Positions 40,535 to 55,440 of a DNA stretch of 64,000 nt are shown one piece after another. The stretch's first letter is position 1. Every line of letters begins with the position of its first letter. The translations under genes and the position numbers were made by a program. The stretch covers positions 155,620,001 to 155,684,000 of the forward strand of contig OZ024742.1 of assembly GCA_964016885.1 (NCBI GenBank), in the 5' to 3' direction. This stretch comes from Eledone cirrhosa (Eukaryota). The notes beneath the pieces were generated by a model. It did no database searches, was not told the DNA's origin, and worked only from the letters and a program-made list of their open reading frames with translations.

Positions 40535-40814
40535 CAGTAGCTCATAACTTAATGCAACCCATTTAGTGCACCAGTCACATATAAACACATAATGTATGCA
40601 TGTTTAGACATCTAACAACTAATGGCAGATTAGGAGCTCCCGGGTTATGTATGGCGTGCCATGACTATTTTAAACCTGGAGGAGCCCATCCCGTCTCCAG
40701 ATTTGAACTTACCTGATTTCTCCCAGACAAGAAAACATAGTCGTAAAGATATAAAAGATATATAGAGAAATTATGTTCTTAGATTATACATTCTTATCAA
40801 CCTCAAAATGAGGA

Positions 40815-40922
40815 GACGGGAAGTTGACGTCGACGGGATTTGAACTAGAAAAGCAGAGTATCAGAACAACTATTGCAATGCACTTTATCCGCCGTTCTAA
40901 CGACTTTTCCAATGTGCCACCT
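40815..40922 (-). mobile_element. Old SINE head fragment
   Basis: gttgac.tcgacgggatttgaact. Confidence 0.5.
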
Positions 40923-42432
40923 AAACGTATAAATCGCCCGCTAAAAACGTGATAAATTAAATTGAGACGAAAGCAAGCGGCATCACACTCCAGTGCCATG
41001 GTCCCGTGCTTGGTGTATTATCTTATCTCTTATTTATTCCAGTAATACGCTGGTTTCTGATCCGTGGAGCAGGCTTTTCATTTCATCACTTATGTTGTAT
41101 CCTTTGTCAAACAAATGTTAAACTGTAGCCCACTCCTCTCTTCTAAGATGTCGTTTATTCAGAATCCCATCCTTGCCAATATGTATAACTGTCAACATAT
41201 AACTATTGGTGAGAAGAATTAACCGGTGTAAATTGAACTACTAATCCATTCACCATGGTCTTTTCCCCAATACCAAAACAATAAAACGGAAAAAGTACTA
41301 ACAAAATTAGGAATTAAGATGACAAGCCAAATATTTCTTATTTATTTCAATATACAAATATTAATGTGGTTATTATTTTTCTGAAGTATAAAAGTGCATA
41401 TGACAACAAACATCAGAAATTCATGCACCTGTTCAATTCTAATACCTCCTTCTTACTGACGTCATCAGTCATCATATTGATTTGTATGTATATGTGTGTT
41501 TTTCTCTGCCTCTATTAAGAAAACACTAGCGGAAAAAACAATGACTCTTCTTGAATTCGAATATTACATTAACCAAATATCAAAATATAAACGATACAAT
41601 TACCAAGTTAATTTACATTCTATGATCGACTAAAATCCTTGAATATGCTGTCAATGTATACCTGCTGTTCAATGACTTAAATCTGTGAAATAATAAAACT
41701 ATATGTGAATTATCTAGTAGGTGTATTTGTATATAATAGCTCGTAAGTATATTTTACGGCAACGGCTCTCATTATTTTCAAACTATAACCATTGTTAAAT
41801 TTAAGTAATGCCAGATATTCATTCACTTTCTTTTGAGCGGCTTTCCTATTTGTTCCATCAGGTGTGCACCAGTGCTTTTATACATTCGGAACAAAGCGTC
41901 ATTAATGGAATGTTATTATTCTTCGCTCATGAAGCTAACATATACTCCTTTAGATTTTAGCTTTTAAACATATAATTTAAGTTATATATGTCCTTATAGA
42001 AATGTTAAAGCATTGTAAGAAAATCTAGGAGGTTGTTTGGTTGAATTCACGTTCGACATATGTGTATTAAAGTTATAAAAGCTAAGTGGTAAGGAGTTCT
42101 TTTTCGGCTGACATTTCATACAGAGCCTTCACTATAGGCTATATTATAAAGACATTGCAAAATTGAACTTTTCTTTTTTTCTTTTTTTCTTTATTACATC
42201 GCTTGGTTGTAAGATAAATATCATTGTATATGGATGAAGTTATTGAGTTTGGCAAGCAGATTTTATGTCAACATCATTAACATCTATACTAGTATTCGAA
42301 TAACAGACGAGATATTAATCAAGGTATGGAGACATAACACACGCTAGAATCACCAGGACGCCGCCTTGATATACAGTGTGTTTCGGCATTTTAAACCTTG
42401 TAGAGTCTGTCGCACTTCCTCTAGAAAAGGAT

Positions 42433-42514
<82 letters not shown>

Positions 42515-42869
42515 AAAGTGAAAGAGTTCTAGAGAAATACACGACGTAGTGTGTTTGGACAATATGTGTTGGTTATGTATTCAGCTCTCTCTACCAAGAG
42601 GAAATAATGCCTAATTTAAATGTATATCATTCACGTAATGTGTATATTATGTATATTTGTTAAACAATTTTCTTAATTCCACGTAGACACCCTCCTTCAC
42701 GTTATAAGATGTATTAGAAAAGTTTCCTTTATATAAAGGCATATTGGCAAATAAAATAAAATATTTTCATAAGAGTTGCTGTTTTTCATCCGTTTTCAGA
42801 AGCTGTATTGCTGCGTTCTAGAGCAGCATTTGTGCGGTGATGAAACTAAATGGTCACTTATCGGAAAAC

Positions 42870-43700
42870 ATCCATATCGAGCGTTCGGTCCACCAGGGAT
42901 GTTCTCTCTCTTCGTTTATCTATGTGTTGCTTTTGGAACATCTACTGCGGCGAATAGAAATCTTGAGAGATTTCCACTTGAATATGATCGCAGGAGAGCC
43001 ATACATGACGTTATAGTCATGTTATTGGACACTTCAGATTTAGAAGCAATCAGCACTATACCGGAAGAATACTAATATATTACTGTAGCTTACATTAACC
43101 GGGATCAATCGTTGAGCTGAAACTCGTTACATTTAGAGGCAAGCTCATGAAGACAAGTGGCACCTCAATCGGCTTGACCAACGGCTCAGTTAAAGTACTC
43201 GGAGACTGGTTTGGGCCGGGCTTCCAAGTAGAAAAAAACACAGATATAAGGAACAATTTAACAAATCGGACTCTGAAATGAACAGCGAGAAAGCTGTCCC
43301 TGAAAGGTGCGTGGCAAACACGTACGTCGGATCAGTGTTACATTAGCGACTCCCCCTCTTTCCATGCCCATCAAAATATTTGAGAAAATTGAAACGCATG
43401 CCCTTCCACATTTTGTGGAAAGGGCATAAAATGCTATTCTGAATATCCATCTATCAACTCAACTCCATATTGGCCTCGGGATGTCGTCACTATTGATGTG
43501 CAGACACGCGTTGCCGCTAAAGCACCTGGGGAATCAATTTAATACCCGAAATTATGAAAACGAAAGCAACGTCCAACCAATGTAGTCGCCTTTCATGCAA
43601 CATGTCTTCCGCAGCTCTTCTCCTTGACCGATCTAGAATGTTGATACTCAAGGCAGTTTACCAACTGAACAACACGATAAATAGCCAAAACAACACTTGC
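42870..43700 (+). mobile_element. Old Tx1-like LINE RT relic
   Basis: cagggatgttctctct (QGC.LS), ggctcagttaaagtactcggagactggtttgggccgg (G.VK.LG.WFGP), ctgtccctgaaagg (LSLKG). Confidence 0.7.
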
Positions 43701-44399
43701 ATTTTTGGTACTAATTGAGTATGTTTTTCTCAGCAGGTAGAAGGAAACTAGGTGCGATCACATTCAATGACCGTGGAGCTTTAGAGAAATCCAGTTTTTC
43801 TGTGAAGGACTCTCCCTGGAAATGCCCCGGTTGGCAGTTCTCCCCACATTTTGGTAACTAGTCCCTGCTGACGTTCGGTTTTGTTTTGTATATTTATTGC
43901 AAATTCCATTATTGATTATTCCATTATTATATTATATTCTCTTTAGTGAGATCTCATTTCTTTCACTCAATTTAAAATCCAGTCTGTTATTTTTTCTTTT
44001 ATAGTTGTAGATTTGACAGTGTCATTTACACTTTCGGCCAATGAAAGATATACTAATTACGTATTTATTATGTGTAGGGCTGAAACTAAAGGACAATAAA
44101 AACGAGAACACATTCTGTGGGGAATTATATAAAACGTGTAAATAAGAGAATACAAGTATCAATTAAACAATAAGTATATTACAACAGAATACCCCAATAG
44201 GAACGAAATACACCAGGAATAGTTTAGGAACCACACTGATCTGAACACTACAGCCTTCAGAGGTATGCTCAGATTAGGCCAATTCATTCGAGCTATACTT
44301 ACTACATTCACACACTTTTTAACTAATGTACTTAAGGCAGTATTTAACTTTGTAGAACTTGAAAAAAATGATGATGGTTTGGCCGAAAATGAAGGTGTC

Positions 44400-44760
44400 T
44401 ACTTTTAGTCTTTTCGCTCGCGTCCACTACACAACCTCTTTCGATAAACCACCAGATAGATGAAAACTATCTGCCCTTCCCGAACGAAGGAAGATGGTGG
44501 TGTGATCCTGACAATACATTCAGCGTATAACCCAATACGACCTACAGGTGATAACATCTGTTCGACGAACTTCACATGTCTGAAATACATGAACTTTGGA
44601 TGACTTCCTACAGAATGTTTTCATCGTTCTGCACGTATCTGAGATCGATACATCTGACAGCATTACCTTTATGCACCCAAACAAGAGATATTCCACGAAT
44701 GCTGCAAATCCCGTATGGAGATTCACAGACAACAGCACAAATTTCTTCATTAGATTTGGA
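44400..44760 (-). mobile_element. Tx1-like C-terminal fragment
   Basis: EQMLSPVGRIGLYAECIVRITPPSSFVREGQIVFIYLV, homologous to the 62744-63211 ORF. Confidence 0.75.
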
Positions 44761-44829
44761 AATATCTAAGCTCTACGTAAATGTGTAAGTTATAACATTT
44801 GGAGCAAATCTATTCAATACAATGATAAA

Positions 44830-45700
44830 ACAGATTGAATAAAGAAGGTTGAGAAACAGGTAATATGTGTCCAGAAGCAAGAGAACATCACAATAACAAA
44901 AAGGATGGTGAATACACAGTCGTGAAAAATGCTAGAGTGAAAAGCAAAAGGGCCAGATAATGGATACTGGTTGAAACTCTTCAGCAAATTACATGAGATA
45001 ATAACTACACAGTCTTAACTTCTGGAGAAACTAGTGAATGGGTGACAAAAGGACACACATGTTTGATACTGAAAAATAAGAGTAAACATTCGTCGTTTGA
45101 TGTGGAAGTTCCTAATAGGAATATCAACTGTATAAATGTATACTCACATAGAGAGAAAAAAATCTGCTTCCCAAGGAGCAGAAAACACGTAGGTCTAATA
45201 GGAGACGAAGGAAAGACAAGGTGATGATTGATAAAATGATACTGAAGAACTGAAAAGAAAAAGATTCATCAATCTGTAATTTGCTTGAATTGATTACAAG
45301 AAGGTATATTACATTGTGCCGCATTTTTTTTATTCTTCATTGTATGGTTATTTTTAAGATACAGACAACATGAAAATCCTTACAGAGAAATCAATGGCTA
45401 ATTGGAAAGTAAAATTAACATCAGCTGGAAAAGATTACGCAAAATGAAAATAAATCGGCGCATTATCCAAAGAGGCTGTTTATCACCAATTTTGTTTGTT
45501 GTTAGATGCTCTTAAATGTGTGCCAGCCAGATACAATCTAGGGAAATATAAGAGCAACTTCAATCATGTATTATTTAATGATGATTTATAACTATGCAGT
45601 CGAAATGTAGAAGAGCTAGACACCTTAATACATACAATCAGAAAAATATCTGAAGACATTCGGATGCCATACATTAAAAAGTAAAACATTCGTTTGATAT
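44830..45700 (+). mobile_element. R4/Dong-clade LINE RT relic
   Basis: KGPDNGYWLK..EWVTKGHTCLILK..IDKMILKN..IIQRGCLSPILFV. Confidence 0.7.
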
Positions 45701-45750
45701 AGATTGATCGGATCCCCACTTGAAGCTAAGTTAACTTCCTATATTATATA

Positions 45751-46273
45751 CTAGCAGTGGTACCCGGCGTTGCACAGGATAAGGTATTTTGGGACGCGAG
45801 CCGCCAACAGACCTACTGCATGCCTCGACAATATGTAAAGAAAACAAACCGAATACTCTGATGGCTGGAAAATCTTTAAGATTTTCCTCGATGAAGCAGG
45901 AAAAATGCACGTTTTCACCTAATGCAGGCTCTAGGGGATCAAGAAAATGATTTTTTTTTATCTGCATAATATGCCTTGAAATTTCGCGAAAATCGGCTAG
46001 ACGTAACGCCTCAAAAATACCCTTAAAAGCTGAAAAAATGAAGTTTTTCACCTAATGTGGGCGATAGGCCTTAACAAAGTTAGATTTTCTTTGCTCACGG
46101 TATGAAGACGAGACTGCCTAATATATAGTTACAATTTCAAGGAAATCAGTCTAATCTAACGCCTCAAAAAAACCCTAAAAAACAGAAAAAACGCACTTTT
46201 TCACCTAATGCGAGGCCCTAGGATTCAAACTCACACACACAGAGACAGACATCCTCAGGTTTATATAAATAGA
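45751..46273 (-). mobile_element. Non-autonomous Helitron
   Basis: Minus strand starts A|TCtatttatataaa, has (ctgt)/(gt) repeats, and ends cctgtgcaacgccggg..CTAG|T. Three internal tttcacctaatg repeats. Confidence 0.8.
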
Positions 46274-46980
46274 TGATATATCACACAAAGTGTTCGTTGT
46301 CGCGTACCAACTTGGCGGGATTGAGCACGTCTGCGCCAATTCCACCAATCTCTTGATGGCAAGCGAAAAGCTCTGTGAGGGCACGTTCGCCAAGATGTTA
46401 AACTTTGTGTTGAGCAGAGTTATAAGCAGGAAATTATTTATAACGTTCGCTTTGTTCTTCTTATTCTACACTAGCGTTACTGTACTCCGAATTACAAATA
46501 AGGGAAAGTGGTTTCGAGGGGATCAGAGGACATGACAGCTATGCCCACGTAAACATCGTAGAGCAGTCCTTCCAAACTGAGTTTCCTGTATCTCAGTTGC
46601 TGTTATCAACTTTCCACAGAGGTCCCCATCAGCCACAGAATGTCAGGATGGGCCATCGAACTGTAGACAACTATTGACTTCAACACCCAACCTCACTCAC
46701 GCTGACTAGTCATGGTTATGAAAAGTTGTACCCTTCGTTTTAATTTTAATATAATCTTTTTTTAACATTGTTAAATTTTGTTTAGACGCAAAAGCCACAC
46801 ACAAACGCACTCACACACGTACACACACACACACACACAAATACACATACACTATGATTTCGTCCTGTGCCATCATAATGTGTTTCTTGATGTAAGCTCT
46901 TTGTGGTTGAAACAAACATTATTATGATTATCATTATATGTGTGTGAGAGTGTATGCATGCATATTTATATATATATATA

Positions 46981-47344
46981 TTGTTATACTTTGAGAGGGT
47001 CATCTTGCCAATAAGAAACACACGCACCATTGTTTTCATTCCAATTAAATATAAAGTATAAATTTAAGAAATTCCGGTTGGTTGGTTGGTTGGTTCCACA
47101 GCAGGATGGTTGTTCATATATTGCCAACGTTATTTCGTCCCAAAATATGTGACCTCTTCAGTGACTGGGGATTCTTTTCTTTGTTTTGTGCCTCTCCTTT
47201 GTTCGGTCCTACGCCATCTTGATTTTTTTGAAACAATTTGGAGTGATGGCAACTGGTGCGTCTGCTTCTTATTGGCAACATGACCCTCCCAAAGTATAAC
47301 ACACGTTTTCGGATAAAGAATCTTGCTAAGCAAATTCAGAAGCG

Positions 47345-47347
<3 letters not shown>
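46981..47347. mobile_element. PLE family A, third copy
   Basis: Long inverted arm with a decayed HHR (47123-47165, minus), short right arm and the same tail. Confidence 0.88.
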
Positions 47348-47391
<44 letters not shown>

Positions 47392-47399
<8 letters not shown>

Positions 47400-47790
47400 C
47401 ATAGGAAGGAATAATAGACACAATATACCTACTTTTTCTTCGTCCCGACTGTACAGTTTCGCTGGTCACTATGCAAAAATGTTATATCAAAGATATGTAA
47501 CATTGTTGTGAGGTAAGTCAGCAATGAAATTTTGAGATTTTCTCGCTTGCTACGGACGTATGTAGTTAGGGCTCTTCCCTGAGGTGCTCCCTTGATAAGC
47601 TGGCTTACCTCAGAACAATGTTACATATCTATGATATAACATGTTTGCATAGTGACCAGCGAAACTGTACAGTCGGAACGAAGAAAAAATAGGTATATTG
47701 TATCTATTATTCCTTCTTATTTTATAATATTTTACATAGCTCTGATATTGTGTCAATTTAATTATTTCCATTATCTTGTCTCTCATAATC
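47392..47790. mobile_element. Long hairpin (arms about 130 bp) with HHR and tail
   Basis: 47392-47522 pairs with about 47598-47730. Confidence 0.85.
47588..47678 (+). ncRNA. Type I hammerhead ribozyme, U3-A8 variant
   Basis: tccc-TTGATAA-gctgg..ccagc-GAAA-ctgtacag-TC-ggaa (ggga in the mirror arm). Confidence 0.7.
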
Positions 47791-47911
47791 ATAGAGCAAC
47801 ACTGGTTACGGTCGACAACATAGACTCTCACATATTTGTGAAAGAATTATGTGTTTATATATACATGTATATGTATGTATGCACATATATCTGTATACCT
47901 CTCATTATTAT

Positions 47912-48270
47912 TATCAGTAGAGGGTCGGACGACATGCTTTCTAGCATATAGTTACGTCCCTTTACGGACTGTGTTCAAATCCCTCCAAGGTTAACTTTGC
48001 CTTTCATCCTTACGGGGTCGATAAAATAAAGTACCAGTAATGTACTGGGTTATTGCTGGCCCTGTGCCAAAAGTAGAAACAATTATTATTATATATATAA
48101 AATAGGGTCGGACGTCATGCTTTCTAGCATAGTTACGTCCCTTTACAGTCTGAGTTCAAATCCCGTTGAGGTTAACTTTGCCTTTCGTCCTTACGGGGTC
48201 GCTAAAATAAAGTAACAGTAATGCACTGGGTAATTGCTGGCCTTGTGTCCAAAGTAGAAACAATTATTAT
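47912..48270 (+). mobile_element. Two adjacent 5'-clipped SINE copies
   Basis: Family sequence twice (47912-48088 and 48103-48270). Confidence 0.85.
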
Positions 48271-48278
48271 TATATATA

Positions 48279-48352
<74 letters not shown>

Positions 48353-48719
48353 TAACATATAAAAGAGAAAACACAGGTAAGCATTAAAAGAAGAATTTTA
48401 TACTGGTATTTACGATCGTTTCATTGGTAAGTGCAACCTTATATTGCTATATTGCAAATAGCAGCCACTCATTTATAATTGTTGTTCACGTTCCAAATTT
48501 TCAAAATATTTTATACTTTATACTCCAAGATTGAACGGAATTCTTACAAACTTGTGGAGTTACCCCCTAACCGTACGTTGAAACCATCCCTGAAACTGGC
48601 TTTCTTAACCACGAACTGGATCACAATAAGCAATCTTCCGCTTCCCCAACTATATATATTTATATATATATATATATATATATTAGAAATAGAAACTCCC
48701 GCTGTAGTTCTGAGTAAAT

Positions 48720-48974
48720 AAATTTTAGCCTGATGGCGGGCTGCAGAACCCTCTAAAAAAGGTAGAAGATAAGTGTTGGCACACAATACACTTCTGTCTC
48801 CATTTCTTAGAGGTTTCTAAACCCTACCATTAGGCTAAAATCTCATTCTTGTCAAAATTACGGCAAACGCTTATAATTCTAATTTCAAATTCACTCACTT
48901 GTTCAACATAAACTTACTTGTCATATACATATAATTTCAAATTCACTCACTGTTTCAAAACAAACTTACTTGTC

Positions 48975-48985
<11 letters not shown>
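48720..48985 (+). repeat. Hairpin-plus-tail element; also at about 52400-52545 and, inverted, at 49803-49878
   Basis: attttagcctgatgg.. pairs with ..ccattaggctaaaat; tail gcttataattctaatttcaaattcactcac..cttacttgtcat is partly duplicated. Confidence 0.7.
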
Positions 48986-49015
<30 letters not shown>

Positions 49016-49773
49016 AATTTCAGTACAGCATAGACGAAGCTCTAGTATACGGCCAAGCTAGCGTGTATGCTTATTCGGTTTGTAGCTTTAGCACTCAGAT
49101 GAGGTAAGACTCCAGAGTATAACATTATATTCAGACAACTTAGCAAATTAGATATAGGAGTCGGCAGTCCGATCGCATCACTAGAGCAACGAAAATACAG
49201 GACCCAGGTAAAGATTTTTTACTGACCTGGACATAACGCTGAGGCTGGGTGTAAAATATATAATCCACATGGTGTTTCCACAATATTGATCGCAAAATCG
49301 CACGCAACGACAGCGCTAAGTTTCTGCAAATCCATGATCGACAAATTCCTATTGCAGGAGTCTGCAATATAATGGTTTTTGACAACAGAACATAGGATTT
49401 ACTTCTTCAGCAAGTCCTTCGTTCTTAGCCAAAGCGGGTATGCTGTAACTTTAAAGGTCGCCACGGACACATGGTTTTGTCCGAAGGGAGGTAACCCCCG
49501 CTTAGGCGGTCTATTCAAATTTGAGATAAAGGAATGAATCCCCTTATTCAAACCGAATAAAGCACTAGACTAGAAGTTATTAAACAAACTTAAACAATTA
49601 ATTAATCAATAGAATCATCTAATAAAATTAATCAGTTAATCGTTAATTCTAGGAGTGAATATAAGTTCTAGTACAGCATAGGCCAAGCTAGCGTGTATGC
49701 TTATTCGGTTTGTAGCTTTAGCACTCAAATGAGGTAAGACCCTAGAGTATAACATTATGTTCAGACAGCTTAC

Positions 49774-49778
<5 letters not shown>
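49016..49778. mobile_element. Element with direct terminal repeats of about 120 bp (630-bp period) inside (TA)n
   Basis: ggccaagctagcgtgtatgcttattcgg at 49051 and 49681. Confidence 0.8.
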
Positions 49779-49804
<26 letters not shown>

Positions 49805-49915
49805 GACAAGTATGTTTCTTTTGAAATAGTGAGTGAATTTGAAATTAGAATTATAAGCGTTCGCCGTATTTTTGACAAATGCTTTCCTCGGAAACATAAA
49901 ATTATTATGTAACAA

Positions 49916-49989
49916 GCTGTCTGATGATGTCACGACACTCGCACACAGAACAGTGTGGCCAGTGTCGTCAATGAAATATATATCACAGC
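49916..49989 (+). ncRNA. Type I hammerhead ribozyme
   Basis: gctgt-CTGATGA-tgtcacgacact..agtgtcgtcaat-GAAA-tatata-TC-acagc. Confidence 0.8.
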
Positions 49990-50030
49990 ATTATTATTAA
50001 AGGACATCTGAAACTACTTCGCTTTTATTT

Positions 50031-51014
<984 letters not shown>

Positions 51015-51043
51015 CATATATATATACATACATATATATATAC

Positions 51044-51104
<61 letters not shown>

Positions 51105-51136
51105 CACATACATTCACACACGCACACAAGCACACA

Positions 51137-51182
<46 letters not shown>

Positions 51183-51194
51183 CATATATATATG

Positions 51195-51306
51195 TATGTA
51201 TATATATATGTGGTGTGAAAATATAAAAGTGTTTGTATTTACGTATGTACGTATGTATATGTATATAATTATATATATATATTTATGTGTATATATATCT
51301 ACATAC

Positions 51307-51340
<34 letters not shown>

Positions 51341-51450
51341 GTATGTATATATATATGTGGTGTGTAAATATAAAAGTGTTTGTATTTACGTATGTACGTA
51401 TGTATATGTATATAATTATATATATATATTTATGTGTATATATATATACA
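51195..51450 (+). repeat. Tandem duplication of about 148 bp within a TA-rich tract
   Basis: atgtggtgtg.aaatataaaagtgtttgtatttacg occurs twice. Confidence 0.85.
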
Positions 51451-51477
51451 TATATATATATACATATATATATATGT

Positions 51478-51614
<137 letters not shown>

Positions 51615-52101
51615 AACTATAATATTAAGGTGATGGGACGTGGTGTGACAAGAGAATAAGTGGATTTATTGCTCAAACTACAAGACCAACAAATGCAATT
51701 TTCTCAAATGATAGCTTAGAAAATTGAGGTCAGTAAATGGACTGCGTGACATAGTTATAAGAAGGTCAGAGAGGACTTAACCCGTATATTGTTAAAGAAA
51801 ATCTTTAACCTTTAACGGCTAAGAACAATAATTGAGGAAAATATGTAAAGGTCATAAATTAGTCATAAATTAGTTAGTTGATAAATGAAATGAATTTTGG
51901 TTTAGATTGTTCTTTCGTAGTTATGAATGTTCAATTTCCTCCAGATTATGGTGAGATATTTTAATGATATCTACATTCTGACTCTCCTGTATTGTGCCGC
52001 AACTGCAAAATATATAAAAATGAAATGTATATGTTGTGGAAAAATCTCAACGTGGTATTCTATTAAAGGGCATCTTACGTACAACTGCATATATAGATAC
52101 A

Positions 52102-52188
<87 letters not shown>

Positions 52189-52258
52189 TTCTCTCTCTCT
52201 CTTTGTCTCTCTCTATATATATTTATCTCTCTATCTCTCTCTCTCTCTCTTTGTCGCC

Positions 52259-52396
<138 letters not shown>

Positions 52397-52747
52397 ACGG
52401 CAACACTCATCTTTTTCCATTTCTCCGAGGGTTATAAACCCCACTATCAGGCTAGAAATGTCTTTAGTCTAAAATATGGTGAAAGCTTATAATTTCTAAT
52501 TTCTAATTTCAAAATTGCGCACCGTTTCAAAAACATACTTACATGTTTACGTTTATAATTTCTGTGTATATATATATATATATATACACATACATATATA
52601 AGTGTGTGTGTATAGATATATATATATATAGTTATAGATATATGTATATATATATATACATATATCTATAACTATATATATATATATCTATACACACACA
52701 TATATATGTATGTGTGTGTGTATGGATACATACATTATATATATATT

Positions 52748-52835
<88 letters not shown>

Positions 52836-54367
52836 CAATAAACATATGCATGTATATGTGTATGAATGCAAGCAAACCACCATTTATTTGCCTGCCTGTA
52901 ATATACTATATGCGAATATATGTATGTATATAACAAAATATGTATGCCATAGTGATTTAGTGAATAGAACATTTTCACACGCATTTGGTGATCTTATGTG
53001 GATATATGTTCAAGTAAATGCACAAAGAAGCTTGCTTTCCTCATGGAACGAAGACGACTACATAGCCATCCTCCATTTATTGAAAAACCAACCACAAAAC
53101 ATTCAAATTTCCCCGTGATAATCAGGTCTGAGTCTGCTATTATTATAACCTTGAACACAGAAAAGCAGACAGCGTGACAAAACATTATTTGTGAAAATAC
53201 TCACAGTATGTCATAACAAAAACTTAACAGCACAGCATCAGTGAACAAGGGGTTTTCTATGTTGCTGATATAAACATTTTACTTTTTTAATAGCAGTCAA
53301 ATCTCATACTATGATGCTTAAAATAGAAAAGAAACAGACAATGAATAATATGTTCACATCTTCTATATGTAAATGAAAGACGAGATATTCATAGCTGGAA
53401 TGCCTTTGATCTTAATTCTCCTTTATAAAGGCTGAACCGTAGCAAAACTACAACAAAAACAGGTAGAGTTACAAAACGAAGCAAAAGAGTAAAAAAGTGC
53501 AATCACAATGTGCTGAAGTGATCTCCAGAAATAACATTAAAAATATTTGTTCTAATAAATAAATTGTAGCATATTGATGTGTGATTAAACAACTAATTCG
53601 TAATATTTAAATTCTGAATGAGGAAAAGAAAAAGATTTGCTAGAGTAATTCATATAATTTTACTTGGTTCTATCAGTACGAGAGATTATTTTAAAAGGAG
53701 AGATAACATTTTAATGATTTTTGGTCTTGTTAAACCTACTTGGTGGTGAATAAATGCCACTAAACACTCACCGAGAGTAGCGAAACGTTTGATCGCCAAA
53801 TAGTTTTAAAATATGTTGAATTAGCAGCTGCACTAACATAGTGTGCTTCATAATCGCAGTGTATATTGGGTCACATAAGATATGTTTGTGTATAATAAGC
53901 ATATATAATTATCATTTGTGGAGTTAAGATGTGATATGGTAACAGCTATCTCAGTAATTAGCTGCAATCACAGCTTAAACTTGTCTAATATAATATACAT
54001 ATATGATATATCTACCTACACACTTCTATCACGAGTCACGGCTTGTCTGTACTACTGATACCTTCTACTGCCCAATCAAGCTTACACTATATGCAAATAG
54101 GCATGTCCAACGGTGTTTTATACCCAAAACATGTGTATAATAGGTTATGTTTTTCACAGTATCGAGTGATTAATCATCACTGACGATGGATACAGATTAT
54201 GAAAACCAAATCTCACTTGCTCACCTAACTGTGATATAATCACCGTATAAACATTCATTGCGAGAATTTACGTTTATCTAACGGAATCATATCGTATATG
54301 CCTCCATATATACTTGAATGTTTCAGGCCTACGCGTGTAAAATATTTCTAAATGGTAATTATTTCTC

Positions 54368-54549
54368 ATTGGCAGTAACGGTAAAGCGTCGGACACCATG
54401 TTTGAAACATAGAGTTACGTCCCTTTATGATCTGAGTTCAAATCCCGCCGAGGTTAACTTTGCCTTTCATCCTTATGGGGTCGATAAAATTAAGTACCGG
54501 TAATACACTGGTTAATTGCTGGCCTTGTGCCAAAAAGTATAAACAATTA
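54368..54549 (+). mobile_element. SINE
   Basis: Family sequence. Confidence 0.85.
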
Positions 54550-55440
54550 TATTATATGTACTAACATAAAAGTGTCTATAGCTTTCCATCTGGTTGGGGC
54601 CTTCAGAACATATGCATATGCACTTGCAACCTAGATTCGACACCATATTCAGCTTACAGACGTTGCAAATTTCCATACAAATTCGACGTTAACCTATGCA
54701 TTGACGTATAAAACAATATTGTGTATTTGCTGGGGAACTATATGTCACCTGTCATCTCCACTTTATCACATCACTGCAACTCATCTTAAATAGATATCCA
54801 GATAATGTATCTCTCAGAAATAGTCTTTCACTTAGATATTCTCTCCAAATGTCGAAGCATTTCTAAAGTAGACGTTTTGCGACTCTAGCCATTGCCATGC
54901 TGCCTCAGCGCTAGTCGCTTCCCTCTATATGCTGCTATATGCTTAACGATAAATTCAACGCAACGTTGACGCAGCCAGTATCCTATATCAGCTGAAAACG
55001 GTGGGATTAAATCGAAGGGACGATGAAAGGAATACTGATATTATAATCTTCTTATTTTGCCGTGCTGAATCACTAATCTTTGATGCGCGTTGCAACGAGA
55101 CATCATTCAGTGGCAACATTGCAAAATCGGCGACAAATGGAAGCTCACTGGCTGATGAATGATAGGTTTCTTGTCGAACATGTAGTGGTTGAAACCTCTG
55201 GCTTCCTGACATTTGCACTGCTTTCCTACAGTGTTCGCAATGCATATGGACATGCGGATAATTTAGCCTTGGTGGGTGGACAAGCTATGTCTGCGCTTCC
55301 CCACTTACTATGCTCAGAGTTAAGATATTTGCCAGCTTATCTACATCCTAGTGTACATTAGAGTGACACCTTTATGGTATCAATGTATACAACCAGGGAA
55401 TAAAGAAACAGTTGCCAAAGAAGTAATAGTATGTTCCCAG

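Noticed and set aside
48410-48480. HHR on minus (GAAA-cgatcg-TA)
   Set aside because: The 3' half fits but the CUGANGA box is not recognisable, so it was not counted.
49456-49512. Twister or pistol ribozyme
   Set aside because: The minus strand starts ccgcctaa but lacks the pseudoknot elements.
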